A DNA stretch of 64,000 bases from Eledone cirrhosa (GCA_964016885.1 OZ024742.1:316138001-316202000); one strand, 5' to 3'. Shown: positions 1 through 15,019, numbered from the stretch's first letter. Made by a program: numbers and translations. Notes: generated from the sequence alone by a model not told the origin.

Positions 1-2316
1 TTTGGGTTTTTAGTTGGTGCCAGGTCTGATATAACCACAAAGTTACTGTCTACCCATTATCTCATAAATGGATTGGGTAGACTCGTGATTATAGTAAGAA
101 AACTTGCCCAGTATTCCATGCTGTAGAATAGAGCTCAGTATCTCATGATTGTGAAGTGAGCATTTTAACCAGTCAAACATGTCAATACCGATCTACTATG
201 TATGATTATCTACTATGTTGTCAATCAAACAGGACCTCGTAGCTAAGTGACTAATAATTTGATAAACTAAATGTAAGATACTGATTACATAATTTATTAC
301 ATGTATTGATAAAAAGCAAACAGGAAAATAAATTACGAAAAAAAAATATTCATAGACATTATCTACATAAAAAAAACAACATTTAAGGGAAGTTAAACAT
401 ATTTAATACAAGAGCCATTGAATAACTAATTACAAATCGATACAGTTTAAAAAAAATAAGATTTATGAATAAATAACTTATTAATTTTGATATGAATGAC
501 CTCGTTGAATTATTTAATCAATTCTGGATATTTCTGTATACATCGTTCATTCGGGGTCCTTATGACCCATTTACACATTGATATATAGGATTAGATCTGG
601 AAAAGTGATAGGCTACACCAAATTTAAAGTGCCCTAGCAACTCTATTAGGCGTTACGAGTCCATACATGTATATATTTGGGCTAATGTCTTCATGTTGGT
701 TAGTTTCAACCGTTGTAATTTCTTGCCTTCTTCAGCTGCCTAACGTTCTTGGAATTTGGAATTGAGAATATTCGATCTAATTGGGTGAATTGATCTAATT
801 TTTTTTCTCTGCCAAGAATATGTTTGCATTTGTGACGCCGCTTGCTTGTTCAGCTTTAACCAGATTATATATATATACATTGATCCTCCAGGAAAACTGC
901 TGCACTTAACACTTCGCACTTAATGGAAGCTTATATGAGCTTTAAACCTAACCTTTTTTTCTGTTTTTAGGTCTAATGTTCTTCCTTAAGTAAAGACTCC
1001 TATGGAATACTGAGCTTAACATCTGCACTGATTATCTCAGATGTCTTATAACCCAATGTTGTTCTATAATTTGTTTTTTTTTTCACAGGTAATTAAATAT
1101 TCTATTAACTAATTCATTGTAATTTTTATCTAATATCGTCTATTAAACAAATCATTTCTACTGATTACGTGTTGTTCACAAGCAAGAAAACCTGTTAAGT
1201 TTATTGGTATTTTAATCACTATGTTTTATTAAGAATTTTCTATCAATCAATAAATAAGGGTCTACGACCTACACATGCTAGAAATAGCAGCCATGTTTCT
1301 TTCAGATAAAAACCCCACCATCTTACAAAGGAAGGGCACATTAGATAATCTAGCCCTAGATATCCTAAAAGACGAGATGACAATTGTTGATATGCATTTA
1401 ATCAAATAGTTACCCAGTCAAGGTTAACTTAGGACAAATATTTTCTCCACAGCAAGTATTTTCTAAAACAATTTTAGTTTTTATGCGTTTAACATTTTTT
1501 ACTTATTTTTCCTACGGATTACATCACCCAAAATATTGATTTTTGTAAACTCTATTCAGAAGTAAGTTTCGATGTTTCATATATTCTCAGAGCTGCTTCG
1601 ATGACACGATGCGGTAATCAATCATTATTTAATCTGATTTAACATGTACATTTTAGATCAGTGCCAGGGTTAATGTGTAGCAATACTAGGCGACCTTTTA
1701 ATATTGTTTTGAACTCCCTCATAGATCCCGAACATTGGTTTCAGTAATGAGACGCCATACACATTATTAGCAATTGATTCGGTGTCCAAGAGGCATCTCT
1801 TACATCTTGTAAATTGTTGTATATTCTCTGGTTATTCGTTCGTTATTAATAACATAATTAGAGAGAATGTTTTTAAAACATCCAAAACAATGTAGCAGTT
1901 ATCGTCTAAAAAAGAGGATATGGATGTTCCATTAATAGTCATATTGTAAATCATGAGACAATGAAGAAATACATGACAGTTCAAAGCAACACAAATCAAT
2001 CACCGTTGCTAATTTCTTCCGTTTATGTCGATTTGAAATTCCATCGATCACCTTGTGTACGTTAAAATAAGAACTAGCTGGACTTATACTTCAACTTAAA
2101 AGAATGCACGTTTTCACTTGCCAAATGATATGAGTAGCTGTAATATTTTCTCCATCTAGGAAGGATAAACATTAAAGTTGATTCTGGTGGTATTTATTCT
2201 CAGATGATGAAACCAAATGTAATAAGGCCTATGAAGTGTGTTACGTTATAAGATCATGCATTGTTAACGCCCTTAAAACATTTGCTATATTAACTATATT
2301 AACTGATTTTGATTAT

Positions 2317-2794
2317 ATTGCACGCGGGTAATTGAGGATGGTTGTTTTCGATGACCCAATCACTTCGAGAGTTGACGTGATATGTGGCATGGGTCGACGC
2401 ACTCCAGCTCACGCAGCTGCTCATCATTGAAGTCGGATGGATGTCTTATGTGAGGTCGATTCTAAGGTTATAATCCCCGGAACGGAAGTGTGCAAACCAG
2501 TCCCTGGCACTGCAATCCGACATGGTATGTGACCTAAATTCATTGTAAATGCGAGGACACGATGCTGCTGTGCTTAGGCCAGATTTGATCTCATAAAGTA
2601 AACAACACTGAATAAACGATTTGGATAGTTCCATGTTTCATCCTCTTTGACGATGTACAGAAAGTGAGAAATGCGCATAGAGCATACCAACATCACTTCT
2701 TATATATACGTGCCTGCGCAAGTTTCAACATTTCCAGAAAACTGCCAAAAACCTCCTTTTGAAAAACGGCGGCAACTTTCTGTCCTACCAAATA
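2317..2794 (-). mobile_element. Decayed Tc1/mariner transposon 5' part (terminal repeat + N-terminal HTH of transposase)
   Basis: ORF 2446-2634 MELSKSFIQCCLLYEIKSGLSTAASCPRIYNEF...ARDWFAHFRSGD resembles the mariner transposase HTH and continues frameshifted as RHPSDFNDEQLREL; mariner-type end TATTTGGTAGGACAGAAAGTTGCCG at ~2770-2794 (-). Confidence 0.85.
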
Positions 2795-2872
2795 TATAAT
2801 CGCAGAGTGAATAATTATTATTTGAACATATACATGCATATAAACCACGCTCATACACATACATACATATAT

Positions 2873-3041
<169 letters not shown>

Positions 3042-3044
<3 letters not shown>

Positions 3045-3275
3045 TTAGTTAGAAAGTGAACAACACAATATATAACTACTCCATTACCAAAGGTTTCAGG
3101 ATCCTAGACAATATTAATATACGTCTGGATCCTTCAATATTATTATTGTCTGGGATCCAGAAACCTTTGGTAATGGAGTAGTTGTATATTGTGTTGTTCA
3201 CTTTCTAATTAAATACCTCTGTTCTCTACATAGAGCACTCTTTTTTCCTTTGCTTTTTCTTCGGAATTACCTAAC
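3042..3275. mobile_element. Fold-back fragment of a microsatellite-associated element with the 3' half of a hammerhead
   Basis: Inverted arms ~3042-3115 / ~3140-3215; minus strand reads TGA-AGGATCC..GGATCCT-GAAA-CCTTTGG-TA; tail 3217-3272 is the reverse complement of a related copy at 14656-14713. Confidence 0.6.
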
Positions 3276-3329
3276 ACATAAAACACATATATATATATAA
3301 TATCATATGAACATCATTATGTATGTATG

Positions 3330-3352
<23 letters not shown>

Positions 3353-3360
<8 letters not shown>

Positions 3361-3784
3361 GAAAAAGTGGACAATAACATGGTCAACAGTACAAAAAAAG
3401 GGGATTTATTTGCAGTCTAACAATTGTTTCACTGATACAGATGTCTAAAAATTGCTGAACACTAAAAGCAGTGCCACTCAATTTTAAATACGATGTTAAC
3501 TCTATTAGATCTTCAGAAACTGTTAAAAAAATATATATATGCAACCGGCAAAATTACAAATTCAAATAATTTGAATTTGTAATTTTGCCGGTTGCATATA
3601 TATATTTTTTTAACAGTTTCTGACGATCTAATAGAGTTAACATCGTATTTAAAATTGAGTGGCACTGCTTTTAGTGTTCAGCAATTTTTAGACATCTGTA
3701 TCAGTGAAACAATTGTTAGACTGCAAATAAATCCCCTTTTTTTTGTACTGTTGACCATGTTATTGTCCACTTTTTCAATTTTAT
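3353..3784. repeat. Near-perfect 432-bp palindrome (arms ~215 bp, centre 3568)
   Basis: Arms are reverse complements; I saw one substitution and one homopolymer indel; 1-nt spacer at 3568. Confidence 0.95.
3614..3723 (+). ncRNA. Degenerate type I hammerhead ribozyme (mirror copy on - strand at 3413-3522)
   Basis: CAGTTT-CTGACGA(3620-3626)...GAAA(3706-3709)-CAATTG-TT-AGACTG; stem I 6 bp, palindromic short stem III, stem II with mismatches. Confidence 0.5.
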
Positions 3785-3921
3785 TACTCCAAGATAAACT
3801 TACATAGGAATACAAGTGAAATCATAATCTCGTCATCTACGTAAACCTCTTGTTGAATCAAACAACGCCGTACGCTAAAACTATCCATAATAAGAAGTAT
3901 TCACAACCTTATTTTGTTATC

Positions 3922-4000
<79 letters not shown>

Positions 4001-4167
4001 CATACATAATGAAGTTCATATGACATTTGTCTAGAAGGTGATGCTTCGGTATAAATTCACGGACAAATTTTAGTAGAAAAATTGGATAGGATGCCCCCCC
4101 AACACAGAGACACACAGACATACCACGCGCACGCACACGCACACGCACACGCACACATGTTTATATT

Positions 4168-4610
4168 GGTTTCTAGTATAGGCACAAGGCCAGTAATTTG
4201 GGGAGAGGGGAAAGTCGATTAAATCAACCCCAGTGCATTACTGGTGCTTTATTTTACTGACCCCGTAAGGATGAAAGGCAAAGCTAACCTCGACGGGATT
4301 TGAACTCGGAACGTAAAGGGCCGTAACTCTATGCCGCAATGCATGGTGTACGGCGCTCTACCAATACTGCCAATCCACTGCCCTTCAAAATAATGATTTC
4401 TAGTATAGGCACAAGGCCAGCAATATTGGGGGAGGGGAAAGTCGATTAAATCGCCCCAGTACGTTACTGGTACTTTTTTTTATCGACCCCGTAAGGATGA
4501 AAGGTAAAGTTAACTTCAGCGGTATTTGAACTCAGACCGTAAAAGGACGTAACTCTATGCTACAAAGCATGGTATCCGACCCTCTGTCAATACTGCCAAT
4601 CCACCGCCCT
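4168..4610 (-). mobile_element. Head-to-tail dimer of tRNA-derived Nin/Deu-domain SINE
   Basis: Two ~220 bp units with A box (TGGCAGTATTGG), B box (GAGTTCAAATCC/ACC) and GCCTTTCATCCTTACGGGGTC core; one 13-bp TSD ACATGTTTATATT at 4155-4167 and 4611-4623. Confidence 0.9.
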
Positions 4611-5473
4611 ACATGTTTATATTAATGAGAACAACACAAAGAAAACAAATGGAGAAAACTAATGAATGAATATATAAATAAGGAACATACCATTGTCAAC
4701 TGTAAATCGGTTGCCGTCATCATTTCGTAACTTAGTAGATACCTATTATACATGACAGCGTACAACAGTGTTGAAAACCATATTGAAAGTGTCTGGGAAT
4801 ACACGAGATGTGTTAAGGAAACAATACAAAAAAAACCAAAACATACATGGATTAAAGACGCAGATGTCGAAACGTGGCACGAACAAGTAACATGTAAATG
4901 AAGAAACACAAAATATGTATGTAAATGTATGTTAAAACGATCGTATAGTTAAATCCAAGTGTTTAGACGGTGATCTAGACAAAACGAGTGTGCTGGGGTA
5001 ATAATGAGAAAACGTTGGGCTTCAGGACGTAGGCATGAGAAGGAGCAAAGTTAGACATCCTACAAGAGCTATCGTGGGATAAAAAGAAAGGCGGAAGTAG
5101 AGACGGATTGGTGAAAGAGAAAGGTATTTGTTTTGTTGGAAAAGGGGATTGTCTGATGTGAGCAGAGATTGTAAAGGATGCCTGAGAAAGTAAGGAAAAT
5201 AAAATAAAAATGTAAGAAAAGAATGATAGAGAATAAAGGAGTGGAGGAAATAGAAAGAGTGTAGGTAAAAACAGACAAAGACGAGAAATAGGTGAATAGA
5301 GAAACACGAGGAAAATAGAAAATGGATACAAAGAGGAAGACTATGAATAACATACAAATATGTACTTGTATGTGACTGATACCTGATGGCCACTGCTTCA
5401 ATGACAAGTTTTCTATTTGCGTATTTATTTACTTAAAATAATGCTTTCTTTATTTCTTTATTTACTTAAAATA

Positions 5474-5695
5474 ATAATGGTTTCTTATATAGGCACAAGG
5501 CCAGTAATTTGGGGGGAGGGGAAAGTTGATTAAATCGATCCCAGTGCATGACTGGTACTTTATTTTATCGACCCCGTAAGGATGAAAGGCAAAGTTAACC
5601 TCAGCGGGATTTGAACTCAGATCATAAAGGGCCGTAACTCTATGCTGCAAAGCATGGCATCCGACCCTCTACATATACTACAAATCCACCGCCCT
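5474..5695 (-). mobile_element. Nin/Deu-domain SINE
   Basis: Full-length copy of the same consensus. Confidence 0.92.
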
Positions 5696-6120
5696 TTAAA
5701 AAAGATAATAATAACAAACAAGAACAACTTTAAGGAAGGATTTTTTTTTTAAATTTTGAAAAATACATTTTCAATATAGAAATGATAAAAAGGAAGGGGA
5801 AACAAAAGGTAAGAAAGAATAGGGAAATATAGAAAGAAAAAAATTATAGGAAAAAAAGAGAAGAGAAATAAAGAAGAAAAAGATCGGGAAGGGAAGGGGA
5901 TGGCATGAGCTCTGGTGTCGCAGAAGAGAGGGGAGGGGTGAAGAGGAAGGGTGATTGAGCTTTGGGCCTAGGGCAAGAGGGCAGAAGTGCTGCGCCCCGA
6001 TTGTATGAAAGGATTACAGGGGAGTAAGCTATTTTAAATAAAAGAAGAAATATTAATTTAAGACTTTTAAAGGTTAATCATAAACAGTTAAAAATGTACA
6101 GAATTCTCTACACCAATGAT

Positions 6121-6330
6121 GTATGTTGTTGTTGTTGTTGTTGTTACAGTTCACACCTATGCAGGTCCAGCTGGCCTCCTCCAATGTAGATCTCGTTGGA
6201 AGTGTCTTGGGTGATTTAATGATAGGGACCCCAGTCCTATCATCTCATTTCTACAGCTGAGTAAACTGGGGCAACATGAAATAAAGTGTCTTGCTCAAAG
6301 AAACAACACATCACCAGGTCCGATGTATGA
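6121..6330 (-). mobile_element. CORE-like SINE fragment with (CAA)n tail
   Basis: ACAGCTGAGTAAACTGGGGCAACATGAAATAAAGTGTCTTGCTCAA resembles the MIR/CORE domain; related copies at 15020-15165 and 55660-55825. Confidence 0.7.
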
Positions 6331-6577
6331 GATTAGATGATAGCAGTGGAGATTGGACAGTAAAAGAAAAAAGTATGAGGTGTCATGTTTTATAGGGTAA
6401 TAATTGAGTTTAAAGAATAGTTAAGTGATTTCTTTTTAATGAAGCAGGTTAGCGATTAAACAGACGTATTCTTTAATAATCATACTGATACCCTGTAATG
6501 CTTTATAGTTTACTGAGCTCGATAGTCACCAATTATAAAGCATGTCGGGTTTGTTCCGCAAGGAATATATATATATA

Positions 6578-6856
6578 GATGGCGTAGAAATACAATGCAA
6601 CGGGAGGAATCTATAGCACCACTGACGATGTTGCAGATGTGCAACGAAAGAACTTTGATAAACTATATATATGTGTTTGTGTCTATATTGTATCTGTATT
6701 ATTTTTGACCGTTGGTCAGTCAATGGCAACATTGAGGACCGAATATATTAGATTACCGATATAAAAGACACAGAAGCGAAAAGCGAAAACCAACCAAATA
6801 GTGAGTGTGTTCTGTTATTAATTCTGGCAATATTACACAAATATGACCCTCCCCAA

Positions 6857-6860
<4 letters not shown>
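6578..6860 (+). mobile_element. ~280 bp element, left arm of an inverted pair, containing a hammerhead core
   Basis: Reverse complement of 7338-7600; CTGACGA(6622-6628)-T-GTTGCA-gatg-TGCAAC-GAAA(6646-6649)-GAACTT. Confidence 0.75.
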
Positions 6861-6907
<47 letters not shown>

Positions 6908-6923
6908 ATATATATAATATATG

Positions 6924-7193
6924 TAGTAATAAACACAGTAAATCGTGTGCCTAAAATTACGAGGGTTGAAATACCACATTTGTTTGAGAAATGTAATCAG
7001 AAGCAAACGGAATATACATAAAATAAAATAAAATACATACAGACCGTCTCAATAATTATTACATCTCCCGGACAGATTAGGGATTTAATCTGTTTCGCCC
7101 TGAGAATTGTGTTTGTAACAGATAGTCCGTGGGCATCATCAGCGAGAGAATTCGATTAAATGAAACAAACACCTTTTACTGTGTTTATTACTA
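6924..7193 (-). mobile_element. 270-bp hammerhead cassette bounded by 19-bp perfect inverted repeats
   Basis: TAGTAATAAACACAGTAAA at 6924-6942 and its reverse complement at 7175-7193; (TA)n on the left. Confidence 0.7.
7064..7149 (-). ncRNA. Type I hammerhead ribozyme, apparently intact
   Basis: Minus strand: UCUCUCG-CUGAUGA-U-GCCC-[30 nt]-GGGC-GAAA-CAGAUUA-AAUCCC-UAAUCUG-UC/CGGGAGA; stem I 7 bp (one G-U), stem II 4 bp, stem III 7 bp perfect, GUC cleavage triplet. Confidence 0.88.
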
Positions 7194-7279
7194 GATATAT
7201 TATTAAAATGCTCAGTAGTTATACTTTGAGCTTGTTAATTACAGGGTATCAGTATGAGTTATTAACTCTGCCTTTTATT

Positions 7280-7337
<58 letters not shown>

Positions 7338-7338
<1 letters not shown>

Positions 7339-7600
7339 ATACTTGGGGAGGGTCATATTGTAATAATATTGCCAGAAATAATAACAGAACACACTCACCG
7401 TTTGGTTGGTTTTCGCTTCTGTATCTTTTTTATCTCCATAGTTCATTTATTTGGCAATCAATGTTTATCATTGACTGACCAACGGTTAAAAATACAGATA
7501 TATATATATATAGACTATCAAAGTTCTTTCGTTGCACATCTGCAACATCATCAGCAGTACTATTATGTTCCATCCTATTGTATTGTAATGTCTACGCCAT
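7338..7600 (-). mobile_element. Right arm of the inverted pair with hammerhead core
   Basis: Minus strand CTGATGA(7554-7548)-T-GTTGCA-gatg-TGCAAC-GAAA(7530-7527)-GAACTT; diverged copy of 6578-6860. Confidence 0.75.
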
Positions 7601-7608
7601 TTATATAT

Positions 7609-7690
<82 letters not shown>

Positions 7691-7825
7691 AGGAATCCGT
7701 AGAGAAAGATCAAGGAAAACAGTGCTCAATCTGCTGGAAGAGAGCTTATTTATTATAACCAAAGTTTCAAGCACTTAACATGTATGTACACATACATATT
7801 TAGTGTATGAAACTTTGTTTATACT

Positions 7826-8345
<520 letters not shown>

Positions 8346-8879
8346 ATACATACAAGGGCTGTGCCCCAGCATGGCCTCAGCCGGATGGCTGGAACAGGTA
8401 AAAGAGTAAAAGCGTAAGAGTGTATACATACATGATGGCTGCAAACTCTGCTAAGAGTACTGAAATTGCTTGGAGGATTATTGAGTTTGGTGCCCTTTTA
8501 GGCTACGGCCAGTCACACAAGCCTGTAACATATCCTGAACAAGCAATGCCTATGCTTTGAAGGTCTTTTAAGTGGTGAAAGGCCTTGCACTCGACCAATC
8601 CCACTCTCTGAGCATCGAAAACATTGCCTGAAAAGGAGAACTGGTCAACATCATCGGATGCTTCTGAAGCCGCAGGTTTTTTTTCCGAGTTTCCCGCTCT
8701 AAGAAAGGTGTTGTGACAACAGCTGGGGGCCTTTCACTCCCATACATACATTCATATATGCATACATACAGGCATATACACACATGCGCAACATGACACA
8801 CGTAAACACAGATATGCTTAATATTCAATTATATATAATGGTTTTCTGTACTTTATTCTGGGTAAGATTAAAACATAAT

Positions 8880-9064
8880 TGTTTCTACTTTAGGCACAAG
8901 GCCAGCAATTACTCAGTACATTACTGGTACTTTATTTTATCGACCCCGTAAGGATGAAAGGCAAAGTCAACCTCGGCGTGATTTGAACTCAGATCGTAAA
9001 GGGACGTAACTATGCTGGAAAGCATGGCGTCCGACCCTCCACCGATACTGCCAATCCACCGCCC
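8880..9064 (-). mobile_element. Nin/Deu-domain SINE (internally deleted variant)
   Basis: Consensus match; 17-bp TSD TAAGATTAAAACATAAT at 8863-8879 and 9065-9081. Confidence 0.93.
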
Positions 9065-9860
9065 TAAGATTAAAACATAATAAAATATGTCTAGATATAT
9101 AAAATGTAATCCAAGTATGCATTATTCATACGGCATATATATGTCTAGTGTTATTCCCGTAAACATTTTGTGAAATTTAACCCTACCATCTGCACCAAAT
9201 AGAATACTGATGTATTTGTCTATACAAAGGTGAAAGATCGTAGGAAATTTATGTACCCTCATGTGTCAAAATGACAGTAAACATGGCTGCTATGTAGTCT
9301 AACTGCGTTGAGAAATAGTTCATCAACTCTTTCACAGACTGGCTAAAATAGTGAAACTTATGCATGAATTTTGAGAATATGTTCGCTTTCCCTACATGGG
9401 CTTGAGTATTGTGAATGAAGCGACGTCATTACTCGTTGTAGTCCAATTTCTTTGCTCATATTTAGCTAAATATAACCTGCTGTTTTGTGAGAATAAACAA
9501 ATTCGTGTGTGCTCAAACAGGTGGGACGGCATTTCTTTGCTGCTTCGTAGAAAAAAAAAAAAATACTGAGAGAAACATAGGAAACTATAATAAAACTTTG
9601 ACAAGGAAAATGGCTTCATTAGTCGTTAGTAAATATTTGTATTACATAATCTTTACGTTCTTATTTGGAATCCTTGTTTATAACCTTCTTTATATATTAA
9701 ATTTAACAAAAAAAAGATGACTGACACAAATTCATTTTACATAGAATATCTATACTGCCATGTTACATCTATATTTTGTATATGTACACACACACAAGCA
9801 CACATACACCCACACCCACACACCCACACCCACACCCACATAGACACACACACACACACA

Positions 9861-9897
<37 letters not shown>

Positions 9898-10059
9898 CGA
9901 AGGAATTGTGGTAAGGAACCAGATGGACCATAACGCACCAGATTACTCAATACTTAGAGTAGTAGAGTGGGAAATAGGAAAAAGTATGACCCCGACGGCA
10001 GAGTTAGGCATCAATTAAATGAACACTCAATACATGTAATTACAGTATAAGTTTTAATT

Positions 10060-10450
10060 TTCCTGAGAAAAGCTTGGCAGAAATTTCGAAATTTCGGTGA
10101 TGGTGCCTCTACAGACAGCAATATTAAACACTATAGAAAAGTATTTCTGTAGATCTTCCAATGCTTTTTGTTCTTCTATTCTAATATTTGATTTTCTATG
10201 ATATGCTGATCCTTTCAGATAGCGTTTATTCCTATTCATTGTTTTACTAAATAACAGATCTTCATAAAATTTATTTTAGAAAATTCCCATAGACAATTTG
10301 TCTACGAAATTCTGCAGTCTCTTTAATCAGATGTGCTTTTGAAGTTAGTGCAAATGTAAATTCATATTCTAAACTTCTAGCTGTAAGAAATGTATTAATT
10401 TCGGATTTGATGATTCAGCATTTTCTAAATTATTCGAGTGTTTAATGCTT
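10060..10450 (-). pseudogene. Decayed Penelope-like element reverse transcriptase, N-terminal region
   Basis: Minus frames give LEYEFTFALTSKAHLIKETAEFRRQI and SNIRIEEQKALEDLQKYFSIVFNIAVCRGTI, resembling the PLE motifs L.KGL.F.PTP and NL...E..AL..L.....I.IK.ADKG (recalled, not searched). Confidence 0.55.
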
Positions 10451-11628
10451 ATTACTGTTTTTGACTGAAATTCCCGCTCGTTACCAGATTAAATTTTCGT
10501 TGGTGTTCAATTTGTATCTTTTATAATTTACTAGATAGAACCTGTTCATCTGGTGATATTTCAGCATTATCTCAGGATGTAGCGTTGTTAGGATATAAAA
10601 TGTTCGAGCTCTATATAGTTGTCATTGTTTGTTTTCGTTCTTGTACGGCATAATGCATTCAAGTATGGACCATTTGTTGATGACTTTGTCAACACAATTT
10701 TAACACAGATACCATGATTGACCCCCCCCCCCACACACACACACATAGTCATAAGTTATTATATGTATGATTGAATGAAGTTACAGTATTATTTATAATC
10801 ATCGGATTAAATAATATTACTCACATTGTGTGTTAGTATTACTTATAATAATTACAATTGTGTCATTTCGGGGTGAAAGAGTGGAAGACAATAAATAATT
10901 CGTAACCTCTAACTTTGATGACTTATAATCTCTGTCTGTGAACAACTTGATATTTCCAATTCCAAGCACGGCAGTTCCAATTGTTTGATAAATGGATTCA
11001 TAAAATTCTTAAGATAGTACAGAAGATTGAAGTTGTTAACATTTAAATGTCTGTAATAGCATCGTGTAGGAAGGACGTACGAAAATTAAAAATAACTATA
11101 TTATTGTTACTTGTTATTGTCTGTCAACGATTATGGGATAAGGGGTGTGCAATCATCTACATACCCTGAATAAGTTATGCAAAAACGTTCTCTACAAAAG
11201 TATGAAACGATGAGTTCACTTGGTTTGCATACTTACTTTCTTGTCAGCAGTTTATGTGTATTTATATGTGGAAAGTATCGTAATCACTATATATAGGCAT
11301 ATGCTTGTCTCCATATATGGCAATAACGGTATTGTAGTGCGAAAAGCACTAAATGTAATACATTTTAGCAGCGTTTAACGCGTAAATATTAGATTTGCTG
11401 GGGTCATTTATATAATTCTTAAGCATTTTATTTTAATACGTTTTTGTGTATTTTTGTGATATAGCCTAATTAGATTTTCATTAAAGGTCTGAAGTGGAAT
11501 GTAAGTAGTAATAATACTGAATCCATTACAGAAATTCACAACTATATGTAGTTATGAGTATCATGGCAGTGTTTGTCTCTCTCTCAGTCTATCGCTCCAA
11601 AATTCGTATGCATTTTTTTAGGTAGCTA

Positions 11629-13345
<1,717 letters not shown>

Positions 13346-13418
13346 GGTGTGCGATGCTTAAAGCGTCCGTATGCGGTAGGCCGTTTGAGCACTCGATGCT
13401 TTTACACAGCAGAGTATA

Positions 13419-13647
13419 ATATCACATAAGAAACGGAAGATCAGAGGTGCGACGAATAAAATTTATTAGACATATTACAATCTTTGAAAACTCTGCTTCG
13501 AAGATTCGAGACGTATCTGTAGACCTTGCGATATCAAAGTCAGGTTCGATCATTGCATCGATCGTGCCTCGAGCTGGTCGCCAGAGAAACGATTGTAATA
13601 TGTCTAATAAATTTTATTCGTCACACCACTGATTTTCCGTTTCTTAT

Positions 13648-13654
<7 letters not shown>
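13419..13654. mobile_element. Fold-back element with 64-bp inverted arms next to (TA)n
   Basis: 13419-13482 is the reverse complement of 13591-13654; GAAAC-GATT-GTA at 13586-13597 resembles a hammerhead 3' half. Confidence 0.65.
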
Positions 13655-13688
<34 letters not shown>

Positions 13689-13897
13689 ATGATAATAAAT
13701 TTGAAAACAAAAAACCAAAGAGGGCTCGATAAGGATAAATATATATCAAATATATAAGAACCGTAGGGCAAATATTTATTAAAATAACAGATTAATATAT
13801 ATATATATATGTGTGTGTGTGTGTTTGTTAGCGTATGTATGTATTTGCGTATGTATGGATTTGCATACTAGTGTGATTATACACTTGTGTCTATGCC

Positions 13898-13951
<54 letters not shown>

Positions 13952-13988
13952 AATAATAAATGGAAACTATATTTATAAAACCATATTT

Positions 13989-14047
13989 ATTCTATTATAT
14001 ATATTTCAAGAGTACCAAAACTTTTGTACGCTATCATCAAATAAAAT
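13989..14047 (-). ncRNA. Degenerate minimal hammerhead ribozyme
   Basis: Minus: ATTTTAT-TTGATGA-TAGCGTAC..GTACTCTT-GAAA-TATATA-TA-ATAGAAT; stem I 7 bp, core C3 changed to U, stem II with two mismatches. Confidence 0.5.
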
Positions 14048-14124
14048 ACGAAGTGTGTTTTATTAAGTTTGACATAACCAAGGAACGGTTCAAGTTTTTC
14101 CTATATAGTCCATATATATGTATG

Positions 14125-14233
<109 letters not shown>

Positions 14234-14234
14234 A

Positions 14235-14276
<42 letters not shown>

Positions 14277-14592
14277 CCATGTATGTATATGTATGTATAT
14301 ATACATACACATACACACACACTAGTCTGCAGACATGTACATACACAAATATAAAAAAATAAAAAAATAAAATAAAAGAAAAGAAAAATATAGATAAGCG
14401 GTTGGACAAAATGATACAAAGACATGACACACATAATGATAGACTTATACATAAATACAATCACAGACGCAAAATCACATAGATGTGTCCAGTGGAAGTA
14501 TAAACGTATTGAAGAATGCAAAAATACAAATGAACACACACAGATAAGCACACACATAATATACACACACACGCATACACATATATATAAAA

Positions 14593-14643
<51 letters not shown>

Positions 14644-15019
14644 AAAATATATGTGTTAGGTAATCCCGAAAAGAAAGCAAAGGAAAAACGAGTGCTCTAT
14701 GTATAGTACAGAGCTATAAAAATATATTTTGTTGTTGAAAATATGTGATAAAGACCCAGGGTGGTTAAAATAAGAGAGAATGTTCAGGAAAAGATGAAGT
14801 CAATAAGTGAATAATATAAGTGTAAAAAAGTATAAAATAAAATAAAGTAAAATAAAATAAGTGTTGAATATGTAAAAAGTTCGGTGTGTTTAAAATAAGA
14901 TAGAAAGTTCGTGGTTAAAATATTAGAGAGTGTTTAAAGTAAAAGTAAATGAAGAAATGGATAAAGAGTGTTCAAGGTAAAAGTATATGAAGAAATGGAT
15001 AAAGAGAAGAGAGAAGAGA

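Noticed and set aside
675-745. Minus-strand CTGAAGA...GAAAC
   Set aside because: Stem II mismatched, no UH site, no stem I
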